Shown here: in pieces, positions 12,774-24,603 of the stretch
How the letters are laid out: each line of letters begins with the position of its first letter
Position numbering within the stretch: position 1 is the stretch's first letter
From: Eledone cirrhosa
Taxonomy: Eukaryota
DNA: 64,000 nucleotides
Assembly: GCA_964016885.1 (NCBI GenBank)
Contig: OZ024752.1
Coordinates: 37,944,001 to 38,008,000 of the forward strand
Direction of reading: 5' to 3'
The notes under the pieces: generated by a model
Told to the model about the DNA's origin: nothing
Seen by the model: only the letters and a program-made list of their open reading frames with translations
The model's database searches: none
Program-made: the position numbers and the translations under genes

Positions 12774-13928
12774 CTGTAAAATATTATATTGTATATAAGA
12801 CAAGTTAGACTGTTATGTTAAGCCAAGGACAGTCAATTTATCCAATGATTCTCTCAGACTGATCCCTGGGGTTCTTGTTCCTTTAATTAATCATGACAAC
12901 ACCCCTAGTGCTGGTGTCACAAAAACTACATCCAGTTAAGGTGGTTGGTGATAAGGAAGGCATCCAGCTGTAAAAACAATACTGAAAATAGTTGAAAGTT
13001 TTCAGTTGTGTCAAGTGGTCAGTAGCTCTGCTTGAGTTATTCTTTTATAAGAGACATCTGCAATTATGTGATGTCCCTTAGGTGTTGTAAGCAGCTTATG
13101 GTGGTGGGGTTAAGAAGTGTGGGGTCCATAATCTCAGGTTGACAGAGATCAAGGAACACTCTCAATATATGCTGAACAGTCTGCACTGGTGAGCTACCCT
13201 AACAAGCTCCTGATGGTCACAGCCCCCAGCAATGCATAGCTGCCTCAAATTGGCCAACACTTGTGTGTAGCTGATTCAGGGACCCCCACTCCTTGTAAGG
13301 GTGGTTAGGACCTTATTGGGGGGTGACATTCAATAGGGCAGATCAAGATGTCTCTCTCCATGTCTGAAGTATGTTGAAATCTGTGTCTCACAGCTCTGAA
13401 ATGTCATGAGGGATTTATGGCAGTAAATGATTAAGTGCTGTAGGCTCAGTAATTGAGAATTCTCAGCCATGTCATGGAGCAGATGACTTGGGTCTATTCA
13501 GGCCTTGGTTTTCAACCTACGTGTATGATGATCCAGCACCATACAGGAGGTGTAATCCACAGCACTGAAGATCAAGATAGGGTACTGGTATGTGGGGTGG
13601 ATGTGCTAGCACCTCATGATGAACTTGCCAAGCAGTGTAGAAGGTTGTTGTTCACAGACACCTTTGTATGTAAAGACTCGAGGTGGTGTCTTCGATCAGC
13701 TGTGAGTCCAATTTCATCCCCAAGAAAGATGATTTGGTGATTGACTTCATTCAGGTAGAATGCCATATGAGACATCTATGTCATGCCCAGCTTTAAACAC
13801 CAGGTCTTGAAATATGTTGCCAATACTGATTTTGTGTTTGTGAACCCTTCCTACCCTTGCAAATAAGGGGAACAGATGTTAAATGATGATGTACAGTGAT
13901 AATGTAATTAGAAACTTCAGGAACATAC

Positions 13929-13994
13929 CCGAGTTAAATTCTTTATTTCTTTGTTAAAATTAAAATCACTGCATATACTGCAATCCTTGTGAAT
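13929..13994 (-). CDS. Cassette mini-exon 13: IHKDCSICSDFNFNKEIKNLTR
   Basis: ttttacag/gtatgt, 66 nt, open phase 0-0, CxxC. Confidence 0.75.
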
Positions 13995-15330
13995 CTGTAA
14001 AATGTTATATTGTCAAGTTAGATTGAAGTGTTAAGCCAAGGACAGTCAATCTATCTAATAATCCCTGGGGCTCTTGTTCCTTTCATCATAATTACGACAC
14101 GACAACCTCTCTAGTGCTGGTGCCATGAAAAATACATCCAGTATACCCTCTAAGATGGCTTGTAATAGAAATGGCATCCAGAAGTATAAACCACACTAAA
14201 AAGAGTTGAAAGTGATCAGTAACTCTGCTTGAGTTATTTTTTTTTGTGTAAGTTACAGCTGCAATTATGTGATGTCCCTTCGGTGTTGTAACCAGCTCAC
14301 GGTTGTGAGATTAGGATGTGTGGAGTCCATAGTCTCAGGTTGAAAGAGATCTGGGCACTCTCTCAATATATGCTGAGCAGTCTGCACTGGTGAACTACCC
14401 TAACAAGCTCCTGATGGACACAGCCCCCAGCAATAAATGGCTGCATTGAATTAAGTGACCACAGTATGTGGCTGATTAGGGACAACCACTGCCCCACTAA
14501 TAGATGTAGCTCCCAGGAAGTGGGTCCTATTGGAGTTGACACTCAATTAGGCACATGAAGATGTTTGTTGCTAGCTCGCTCTCTATGTCTGAAGTATGTT
14601 GAAATCTGTGTCTCGTAGCTCTGCAGTGTCACGAGAAATTTAGGACAGTATGAGATCAAGTGTTGTTGGCTCAGTAGTTGAGAATTGTCTGCGGTGTCAT
14701 GGAGCATATGATTTGGGTCTATTGAGGCCTTGCTTATAAACCTATGAGTGTGATGTTCCTTATGAAAAGGTGTAGGAAAAATATGTGAGAGAACAGGCAG
14801 ATACTTGGTGCAAGATGGAGACAGCCAGTGATGACCTTTAACGTGTTGTTTAGGGATATATTAAGCTTCTTAAAGTGGGAGCCCTTGCACCATTCAGGGG
14901 ATGTATACTTCACAGCAATGTAGGCCATAATAGGGTACTGGAATGTAGTGTGGATGTGCTAGCACCTCATGATAAACCCGCCAAGCAGTGTAGAAGGTTG
15001 TTGCTCATTGACACCTTTGTATATAAGGACTTAAGGTGCCATGAGGTAAGTCAGCTCTCAATCCAATTTTTCTCTGAGATATGATTGCATGGCGTTATAT
15101 ATGAGTGGTGTGACATTGAGGTTGACGCTGAGCTGGTAATTGGCCTCCTTAGTATTCAGCTGGACTATTGGATTCATTGATTTTGCCACACAAAGCTCCA
15201 ATCTGCAGATCTTGAAATATGCTGCCAGTGCTGACATGTTTGTGAACCCTTCCTACCCTTTCAAGTAAGAAAAACCTATGTAAAATGATGTTGTACAGTG
15301 ACAGCATAATTAGAAACTTCAGGAACATAC

Positions 15331-15414
15331 CGGGGTAAAATTTGAACTCAAAATTTCTTCTTCTTCTATTTCTGAGGCATCATAAAAGTCACAATCAGTG
15401 CAAAATACGAATAT
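15331..15414 (-). CDS. Cassette mini-exon 12: IFVFCTDCDFYDASEIEEEEILSSNFTP
   Basis: ttttacag/gtatgt, 84 nt, open phase 0-0, CxxC; seen at end of ORF 15319..15534. Confidence 0.75.
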
Positions 15415-16089
15415 CTGTAAAATGTTACATCTTATATTAGTCAAGTTAGATTGTAGTGTTAGGCCAAGGACAGTCAATATATAATGATTGGTACAGAACG
15501 ATCCCTGGGCTCTTGTTCCTTTTATCATAATCATAACACAACAAACTCTCTAGTGTTGGTGCCACGAAAAATAGATCCAGTATACCCTTTAAGGTGGTTG
15601 CACTTCATGATAAACCTTCCAAGCAGTGTAGAAGGTTGGTTGTCATGGACACCTTTACATGTAAGGACTCAAGGCGCTGACAGTAGGTCAGCTATCAGTC
15701 CAATTTCACTCCAGAAAGGAGGGTGTAGCGTTATATGGGAATGGTATCCCATTGAGGTTAATGTTGATCTGGCGATTGGCTTCCTTCAGATGGAATGACC
15801 TATTAGTCATCTTTGCCATGCTCAACTTCAATCTCCAGATCTTGGAATATGTTGCCAGTACTGACTTGGTGTTTGTGAAGCCTTCCTACTCTTGCAAGTA
15901 AGGGTAATGGATGTTATATAATGAAGATGTACAGTGATAATGTAATTAGAAGTTCCAGGAACATACCTCATTTACACTTTGTACTGACTTGGTGTTTGTG
16001 AAGCCTTCCTACTCTTGCAAGTAAGGGTAATGGATGTTATATAATGAAGATGTACAGTGATAATGTAATTAGAAGTTCCAGGAACATAC

Positions 16090-16152
16090 CTCATTTACAC
16101 TTTGAACATGGTCAGGGAAGTTGAATCCCGCACAAAAACCGCAGCTCAATTC
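16090..16152 (-). CDS. Cassette mini-exon 11: ELSCGFCAGFNFPDHVQSVNE
   Basis: ttttacag/gtatgt, 63 nt, open phase 0-0, CxxC. Confidence 0.75.
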
Positions 16153-17077
16153 CTGTAAAATTGTATATTTTATACGAGTCAAGGTAGATTATAGTGTTAG
16201 GCCAAGGACAGTAAATTTATCGAATGATTGACTCTGATCCCTGGGACTCTTGTTCATTTTATTTCAATCATGATACGGCAAACTCTCCAGGGTTGGTGTC
16301 ACGAAAAATACATCTGGTGATAACCATCACGGATATGTCTAGCTTCTTTGTGTGGGAGCCCCAGCACTATACTGGAGAAGTGTACTTCACAGCACTGTGA
16401 GGGCCATATTCTCAGGTGAGTAGATACATGAGCACTCTCTCAATATATCTTGAGCATTCTGTACTGGTGAACTACACTAGCAAGCTGGTAATGGATACAA
16501 TCACCAGCTGTGCAAGGCTGCATTGAATTGGCTTAGACCAGGGTGAGGCTTATTCGGGGAAACTCGCTCCCTCTAAAGGAGTTTAGTGACTGTCGTAAGG
16601 CGTGTAGGAAAAATATCTGAGAGAACAGGTAGATACTCAGTGTAAGATGGAGACGAGTAATAACCATCAAGGTGTTGTTTAGGGATATATCCAGCATCAT
16701 ACAGGGGAGGTGTAATCCACAGCACTGAAGATCAAGATAGGGTACTGGTATGTAGGGTGGATGTGCTAGCACTGCACCATATATCTAACAAGCAATGTAG
16801 AAAGTTGTTGCTCATAGACACCTTTGTACATAATGATTCAAGGTGATGTCTATTGGTCAGCTGTCTTAAGGTTATTGCTGAACTGGCAATCGCCTTCCTT
16901 CAGGTGGAATGTTATATCATTCATTTGTGTCATGCTCAGCTTGAATCTTCAGATTTTGAAATATGTTGCCAGTTCTGACTTGGTGTTTAGGAACCCTTCC
17001 TACCCTTGCAAGTAAGGGCAATGGATGTTAAATGATGTTGTACAGTGACAATATAATTAGAACTTTTGCAAACATAC

Positions 17078-17140
17078 CATATTATTGTATTCAGCTCTTT
17101 CAAAATCCCATTTCGTACAGTTTTTACAATGCTGGTACTT
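17078..17140 (-). CDS. Cassette mini-exon 10: KYQHCKNCTKWDFERAEYNNM
   Basis: ttttacag/gtatgt, 63 nt, open phase 0-0, CxxC. Confidence 0.75.
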
Positions 17141-17845
17141 CTGTAAAATATCATATTCTATGAGTCAAATTAGATTATAGTGTTAGACCAAGGATAGATA
17201 ATCTATCTAATGATTGACTCAGACTGACCCCTAGGGCTCTTGTTCCTTTTATTATAATCATGACAGGACAACCTCTCTACTTTGGGTGTCTCTAAAAATA
17301 CATCCAGTATATTCTTTAAGGTGGTTGGTGATAGGAAGGGTATTTGGCAGTACAAACCATACTGAAAAGGGTTGAAAGGAGTCTTCAGTTGTCTCGAGTG
17401 GTCCGTAGATCCGCTTGACTATTTTCTCTCATATAAGATACAGCTGCAATTATGTAATGTTCCTTAGGTGTTCTCACAAGCTCACAGTGGTGGGATTAGA
17501 ATGTGTGAGTTCCATATTCTCATGTGGGCAGAGATCCAGCCACTCAATATTTGTCGGGCTTTCTGTACTGGTGAACTACACTACTAAGCTACTGACAGAC
17601 ACAGCACCAAGGAGGGCATGCCTACTTTGAATTGGGCAATATCTGTGTGTAGCTAATTCAGGGAACCCACTCTCCCCAAGCAAGATAGCTACTGGAAAGT
17701 GGATCCTATTTATGATGACATTCCATATGTTGATAGTTCTGAGTTGCTGTTTGCAAACCCTTCCTACCTTTGCAAGTAAGGGGGAACAGATGTTAAATGA
17801 TGATGATGTATAGTGACAATGTAATTAGAAGTTTCATGAACATAC

Positions 17846-17911
17846 CTCAGTAAATTCTGTAATAGCTTCATCGCAAGCGTGTCTGTTACACAGAGAGCAA
17901 TCCATGTATTG
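17846..17911 (-). CDS. Cassette mini-exon 9: QYMDCSLCNRHACDEAITEFTE
   Basis: ttttgcag/gtatgt, 66 nt, open phase 0-0, CxxC; seen at end of ORF 17834..18034. Confidence 0.75.
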
Positions 17912-18999
17912 CTGCAAAATGTTATATTTTATATTAGTCAAGTTAGATTGTAGTGTTAGGCCAAGGACAGTCAATCTATCTAATGATTGACACAGAATGA
18001 TCCCTGGGGTCGTTGTTCCTTTTATTATAATCATGACACAACAAACTCTCTAGTGTTGGTGCCATGAAAGATACATCCAGTATACCCTTTAAGATGGTTG
18101 GTGATAGGGTGAGCATCCAGCAGTAAAAAGAGTTGAAAGGAGTCTTCAGTTGTATCAAGTGGACAGTAGCTCTACTTGAGTAATTTTCCTTGTATAAGAG
18201 ACAGCTGCAATTATGTGATGCCCCCTAGGTGTTGTCACCAGCTCACGGTAGTGGGATTAGGATGGGTGAGGTCCATATTCACAAGTGGGCAGAAATCTAA
18301 GCACTCTCTCAAAATACGATGAGTATTCTGCACTGGTGAACCATACTAGCAGGCTCCACCCCAGCAATGCATGGCAGTAGAATCTGTCAACCTGGTGTGT
18401 GCAACTGATTCAGGGACACCCTCTGAGACTGAGGAAGGTTATCGCCTGGTTTGAGGGGTGTAGGAACAATGTGTGAGAGAACAGGTCGATACTCAGTCTA
18501 AAATGGAGACAGCCAGTGATAACCATCAAGGTGTTGTTTAGGGATATATCTAGCTCCTTTGTGAGGGAGCTCCAGCAGCATACATGGGAGGTGTACTCCA
18601 TAGAACTGTAGACCCAGATAGGGTACTGGTATGTATGGTGGATGTGCTTGCACCTCATGATAAACTTTCCAAGCAGTATAGAAGGTTGGTCATCACGGAC
18701 ACCTTTGCATATAAAGACTCAAGTCGCTGACGGTAGGTTAGCTGTCAGTCCAATTTCACTCCAAGAAAGGAGGGTGTCGTGTAATATCGGAATGGTATCC
18801 TATTGAGGTTAATTCTGAACTGGCAATTGGTTTCCTTCAGGTATCAATCATGCCCAGCTTCAATCTGCAGATCTTGAAATATGTTGCCAGTATTGACTTG
18901 GCTGTTTGTGAACCCTTCCTACCCTTGCAAGTAAGGGAAATGGATGTTAAATGATGATGTTGTACAGTGACAATGTAATTACAAGTTTCATGAACTTAC

Positions 19000-19065
19000 C
19001 CCAACAAAATGTTTCTTAGTCTTTTCATAACTGTGTCTCCCACAATAAATGCAATTTTGGAATTT
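19000..19065 (-). CDS. Cassette mini-exon 8: KFQNCIYCGRHSYEKTKKHFVG
   Basis: ttttacag/gtaagt, 66 nt, open phase 0-0, CxxC. Confidence 0.75.
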
Positions 19066-19739
19066 CTGTAAAATTTTATATTTTATATTTTATATTTAAA
19101 AATGCTATATTTTACATAAGTCAAGTTAGATTGAAGTGTTAGGCCAAGGACAATCAATCTATCCAATGATTGACTCAAAATACTCTCTGGGGCTCTTGTT
19201 CCTTTTATTACAATCATGACACAACAACCTCTCTAGTGCTGGTGCCACAAAATATACATCCAGTATAAACCACACTGAAATGGGTTAACAGGATTCTCCA
19301 GTTGTATCAAGTGGTCAGTAGCTCCAGTAGCACTGTAGATCAATTTAGGGTACTGACATGTAGGGTGGATATGCTAACACCCCATGGTAAACCTGCCAAG
19401 CAGTATAGAAGGATGATCCTCAAGGGCACCTTTGCACTTATGAACTTGAGCCACTGTCCATTGGTCAGCTGACAGTCCAATTTCACTTCAAGAAAGAAGG
19501 GGGTGGCATTATATGGGAACGCTATCCCATTAAGGTTAATGCTGACATAGTGATTGGCTTCCCTCAGGTGGAATGACAGTCATCTTTGTCATGTTCACCT
19601 TCAATCTCCAGATCTTGAAATATGTTGCCAGTACAGACTTGCTGTTTGTGAAGACTTCCTATCCTTGCAGGTAAGGGGAACAGATGTTAAATGATGATGA
19701 TGTACAACAACAATGTATTTAGAAGTTTCGCAAACATAC

Positions 19740-19805
19740 CTGACTTAAAGTAGAAACTTTTCGATTGTAATTGAGTCCTTCACAAATACTGCATTCCAAT
19801 TCCTC
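19740..19805 (-). CDS. Cassette mini-exon 7: EELECSICEGLNYNRKVSTLSQ
   Basis: ttttatag/gtatgt, 66 nt, open phase 0-0, CxxC. Confidence 0.75.
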
Positions 19806-20961
19806 CTATAAAATGTCATATTTCACACGAGTCAAGTTAGATTATTGTGTTAGGTCAATCTATCCAATGATTGACACAGACTGATCCCTGGGGCTCTTGT
19901 TCCTTTCATTATAATCACGACACGACAACCTCTCTAGTATAGGTGCCATGAAAAATACATCCAGTACATCCTTCAATGTGGTTGGTGATAGGAAGGGCAT
20001 CCAGCAGTACAAAATATACTGAAAAGGGTCGATATTCTCAGGTGAGCAGAGATCCGGCGGATACCTTCACAATATATCTTGAGCTTTCTTCCCATGCAAA
20101 CCACACTAGCAAGGTGCTGATGTACACAACCCCCGGTGGTGAGTGGTTGCATGCCTTATCAGTCATATTTGTCATATTCAGCTTCAATCTCTTGGGTCTA
20201 TTCAGGCATTGGTTATCAACCTATGTCTGTGATGTTCCAAATGAAAAGGGAGGGAACAATACCTGAGAGAACAGGTAAATACCTGGTGTAAGATGGGGAC
20301 ATCCAGTGATAACCCTCAAAGTGTTGTTTAGGGATATATCTAGCTCCTTTGTATGGGAGCCCCTGCACTATACAGGGGAGGTGTACTTCACAGCAATGTA
20401 GATCCAGAAAAGGTACTGGTATGTAGCTGTGCTAGCACCCTATGATAAACCTGCCAAGCAGTGTAGAAGGTTGTTCCTTGTAGACACCTTTGCACATAAG
20501 GACTCGTGATGGTGTTTATAGGTCAACTGTCAGGCCAATTTCACTAAAAAAAAGGAGTGGTGTTATATGGGAATGGTATTCCATCGAGGTTAATACTGAA
20601 CTGGCAATTGGCTTCCTTCAGGTGGAATGACATATCAGTCATTCTTGCCATGCTCAACTTCAATCTCCAGATCTTGAAACATATTGCCAGTACTAACTTG
20701 GTGTTTGTGAACCCTTCCTATTCTTGCAAGTTAAATGATGATGTGCAATGATAATTGTTTCTACATTTGGCACAAGGCCAGCAATTACCCAGTACATTAC
20801 TGGTACTTTATTTTATCGACCATGTAAGGATGAAAGGAAAATTTAACCTCGGCAGGATTTGAACTCAGAACGTAAAGGGACGTAACTATGCTGGAAAGCA
20901 TGGCGTCCACGGCCCTTGATGATGTACAATGATAATGTAATTAGAAACTTCATAAACATAC

Positions 20962-21039
20962 CGGAGTAAGATGTGAAGTATCTCCTCTGGCTTTGGCAAT
21001 CTCTCTGTTATCAGTACAATTATTGCAAGCCATGTACCA
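20962..21039 (-). CDS. Cassette mini-exon 6: WYMACNNCTDNREIAKARGDTSHLTP
   Basis: ttttacag/gtatgt, 78 nt, open phase 0-0, CxxC. Confidence 0.75.
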
Positions 21040-22423
21040 CTGTAAAATGTTATATTGTATACAAATTAAGTTAGACTATAGTGATAGGATAAAAGACAGT
21101 CAATCTATCTAATGTTTGGCACAGAACAATCCCTGGGGCCCTTGTTCCTTTTATTATATATAATCATAACAACAACCTCTCCTGTGTTGGTGCCATAAAA
21201 AATAGATCCAGTATATCCTTTAAGGTGATTGGTGATAGGAAGGGCATCTGGCAGTACAAACCATACTGAAAAGGGTTGAAAGGAGTCTTCAGTTGTATCA
21301 AGTGGTAAGTAGCTTTGCTTGAGTAATTTTTCTTGTATAAGAGACAACTGCAATTATGTGTTGTCACCAGCTCACAGTGGTGGGATTAGGATGTGTGGGG
21401 TCCATATTCTCGGGTGAGCAGATATATGGGCAATATAACTTGAGCATTCTGTACTGGTAATGGATGCAACCACCAGCTGTGCAAGGCTGCATTGAATCGG
21501 CTGAGACCAGGGTGAGGCTTATTCAGGGAAACTCGCTCCCTCTAAAGGAGTTTAGTGACTGTGGTGAGGTGTGTAGGAAAAATATCTGAGAGAACAGGTA
21601 GATACTCAGTGTAAGATGGAGACAGCCAGTAATAACCATCAAGGTGTCGTTTAGGGATATATCTAGCTTCTTTGGGTGGGGGCTCCAGCATCATACAGGG
21701 GAGGTGTAATCCACAGCACTGAAGATCAAGATGGGGCACTATTATGTAGGGTGGATGTGCTATCACCCCATGATAAACTTTCCAAGCAGTGTAGAAGGAT
21801 GGTCCTCAGGGGGACTTTTGCATGTTTAAGACTTGAGCCGCTGTCTGTAGGTCAGCTGTCAATCCAATTTCACTCCAAGAAAGGAGAGTGTGGCGTTAAA
21901 TGGGAATGGTATCCCATTGAGTTTAATGCTGAACTGGCAATTGGCTTCCTTCAGGTGGAATGCCATATCAGTCATGCTCAGCTTCACTCTCCAGATCTTG
22001 AAATATGTTGCCAGTACTGAATTGGTGTTTGTAGGAAACAACACATCACCCAGTTCAATTTTCAGACCGGGTGATGTGTTGTTTCCTTGAGCAAAACACT
22101 TTATTTCACATTGCTCCAGTTTACTCAGCTGTAGAAATGAGATGATAGGGACTGGGGTCCCTATCATTCCACTGCAAAGTGGTCATGGAGGTGTCACGGC
22201 AAAAAAACACCCAGCACTCACTGTAAATGAGGTTGGTGTTAGGAAGGGCATCCAGCTGTAGAAATCAAGCCAGAATCAGTTCCCGTCCCACCCTTGCAAG
22301 CAGGGAAAAGCGGACATAAAATGATGATGATGATGATGAACCCTTCCTACCCTTTCAAGTAAGGGAAACAGATGTAAAATGATGATGTACAGTGACAATG
22401 TTATTAAAACTTCAGGAACATAC

Positions 22424-22489
22424 CTCAGTTAATTTCCTCATATCTGTTTCAAAATCAAGATCCTCGCAAGTTTTGCAATCATTGTACAT
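22424..22489 (-). CDS. Cassette mini-exon 5: MYNDCKTCEDLDFETDMRKLTE
   Basis: ttttacag/gtatgt, 66 nt, open phase 0-0, CxxC. Confidence 0.75.
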
Positions 22490-23258
22490 CTGTAAAATGT
22501 TATATTTTATACGAGTCGAGTTAGCTTGTAGTGTTAGGCCAAGGACAGTCAATCTATGTCATGATTGACTGATCCCTGGGGCTCTTGTTTCTTTTATTAT
22601 AATCATGACAGGACAACCTCTCTAGTGCTGGTGCCATGAAAAATACATCCAGTATACCCTCTAAGATGGTTGGTGATAGAAATGGCATCCAGTTGTAAAA
22701 ACCATATGAAAAAAGGTTGAAAGGAGTTTTCAGGTGTATCAAGGGGTCAGTAGCTCTACTTGAGTTATTATTCTTATATAAGATACAGCTGCAATTATGT
22801 GATGTCCCTAGGTGTTGTAAACAGCTCACAGTGGTGAATTAGAATGTATGGGGTCCATATTCTCAAGTGGACAAAGATCCAGGTACTCTCTCAATGTATG
22901 TTGTGCAGTCTGCACTGGTGAACTACCCTAACAAGCTCCTGATAGTCACAGCCCCAGCAATCCATATCTTCATTGAATTGGCTGGCACTTGTCTGTAGCT
23001 GATTCAGGGACCCCCACTCCCTGTAAGGGTGGTTAGTGCTTTATTGGAGATGACATTCAATAGGGCAGATCAAGATGTCTCTCTCCATGTCTGAAGTATG
23101 TTGAAACCTAAGTCTTGCAGCTCTGCAGTGTCATGAGAGATAGGACAGTATGAGATCAAGTATTGTTGGCTCAATAGTTAAGAATTCTCAGCCATGAGAG
23201 TAAATGATGATAATGATGATGTAGATTGACAATTTAATTAGAAGATTCACAAACATAC

Positions 23259-23324
23259 CTGAACAAAATGTTCATCAATTTTTTCCAGAGTATGGTCCGT
23301 ACAATTTTTACAATGCTGGTATTT
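23259..23324 (-). CDS. Cassette mini-exon 4: KYQHCKNCTDHTLEKIDEHFVQ
   Basis: ttttacag/gtatgt, 66 nt, open phase 0-0, CxxC. Confidence 0.75.
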
Positions 23325-23852
23325 CTGTAAAATGTTATATTGTATATGAGTCAAGTTAGATTATAGTGTTAGGCCAAGGACGGTCAATCTATCCAATGAT
23401 TGACACAGACTGATCCCTGGGGCTCTTGTTCCTTTCATTATAATCACGACAAAACAACATCTCTAGTATAGGTGCCATGAAAAATACATCCAGTACATCC
23501 TTCAATGTGGTTGGTGATAGGAAGGGCATCCAGCAGTACAAAATATACTGAAAAAGGCTCGATATTCTCAGGTGAGCAGAGATCCGGCGGATACCTTCAC
23601 AATATATCTTGAGCTTTCTTCCCATGCAAACCACACTAGCAAGGTGCTGATGTACACAACCCCCAGTGGTGAGTGGTTGCATGCCTTATCAGTCATATTT
23701 GTCATGCCCAACATCAATCTCCAGTTCTTGAAATATTTTGCCAGTACTGACTTGGTATTTGCGAACCCTTCCAACCCTTGCAAATAAGGGGAACAGATGT
23801 TAAATGATGATGTTGTACAGTGACAATGAAATTAGAAGTTTCAGGTACATAC

Positions 23853-23918
23853 CTTAGTAAAATTTTCTACATCTTCATCACAAGCATGTTTGTCACAAAT
23901 AGAGCAATCCATGTGTTG
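23853..23918 (-). CDS. Cassette mini-exon 3: QHMDCSICDKHACDEDVENFTK
   Basis: ttttacag/gtatgt, 66 nt, open phase 0-0, CxxC. Confidence 0.75.
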
Positions 23919-24546
23919 CTGTAAAATGTTATATTTTATGAGTCGAGTTAGATTAGTGTTAGGCTAAGTACAGTCAATCTTTCTAATGATTGACTCAGAC
24001 TGTACCCTAAGGCTCTTATCCTTTTTATTATAATCATGACTCAACAACCTCTCTTATGTTAGTACCATGAAAAACGCATCCAGTATACCCATCGAGGTGG
24101 TTGGTGATAGGAAGGGCATCCAGTAGTATAAACCATACTAAAAAGAGTTGAAAGGAGTCTTCAGTTTTTAGGGTTCTGGTATGTAGGGTAGATAAACCTG
24201 CAAATCAGTATAGAAGGTTGTTGCTCATTAACACTTTTGCACGTAAGGAGTCGAGGTGGTGTCGATTGTCAGCAGTCAATCCAATTTCACACAGAAAGAA
24301 GGGTGTGGCATTATAGGGGAATGGTATCCCACTAAGGTTAATGTTGATCTGGTGATTGGCTTCCTTCGGGTGGAATGACATATCAGTCATTCTTGCCATG
24401 CTCGGCTTCAATCTCCAGATCTTGAAATATGTTGCCAATACTGACTTGGTGTTTGTGAACCCTTCCTATCCTTGCAAGTAAGGAGAACGGATGTTAAATG
24501 ATGATGATGTACACCCATAATGTAATTAGAAATTTCAGGAACATAC

Positions 24547-24603
24547 CTTAGCAAAATCTTCAAGATGAATTTTGTAATCTTTTTCACTGCTATTCATGTA
24601 CAG
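24547..24603 (-). CDS. Cassette mini-exon 2: LYMNSSEKDYKIHLEDFAK (no Cys)
   Basis: ttttacag/gtatgt, 57 nt, open phase 0-0. Confidence 0.68.

Noticed and set aside
15319-18034. Duplicated units as full-length alternative exons using a weak aaaag acceptor
   Set aside because: The frame is open through the 5' part in only some copies; others have stops or indels, and there is no polypyrimidine tract
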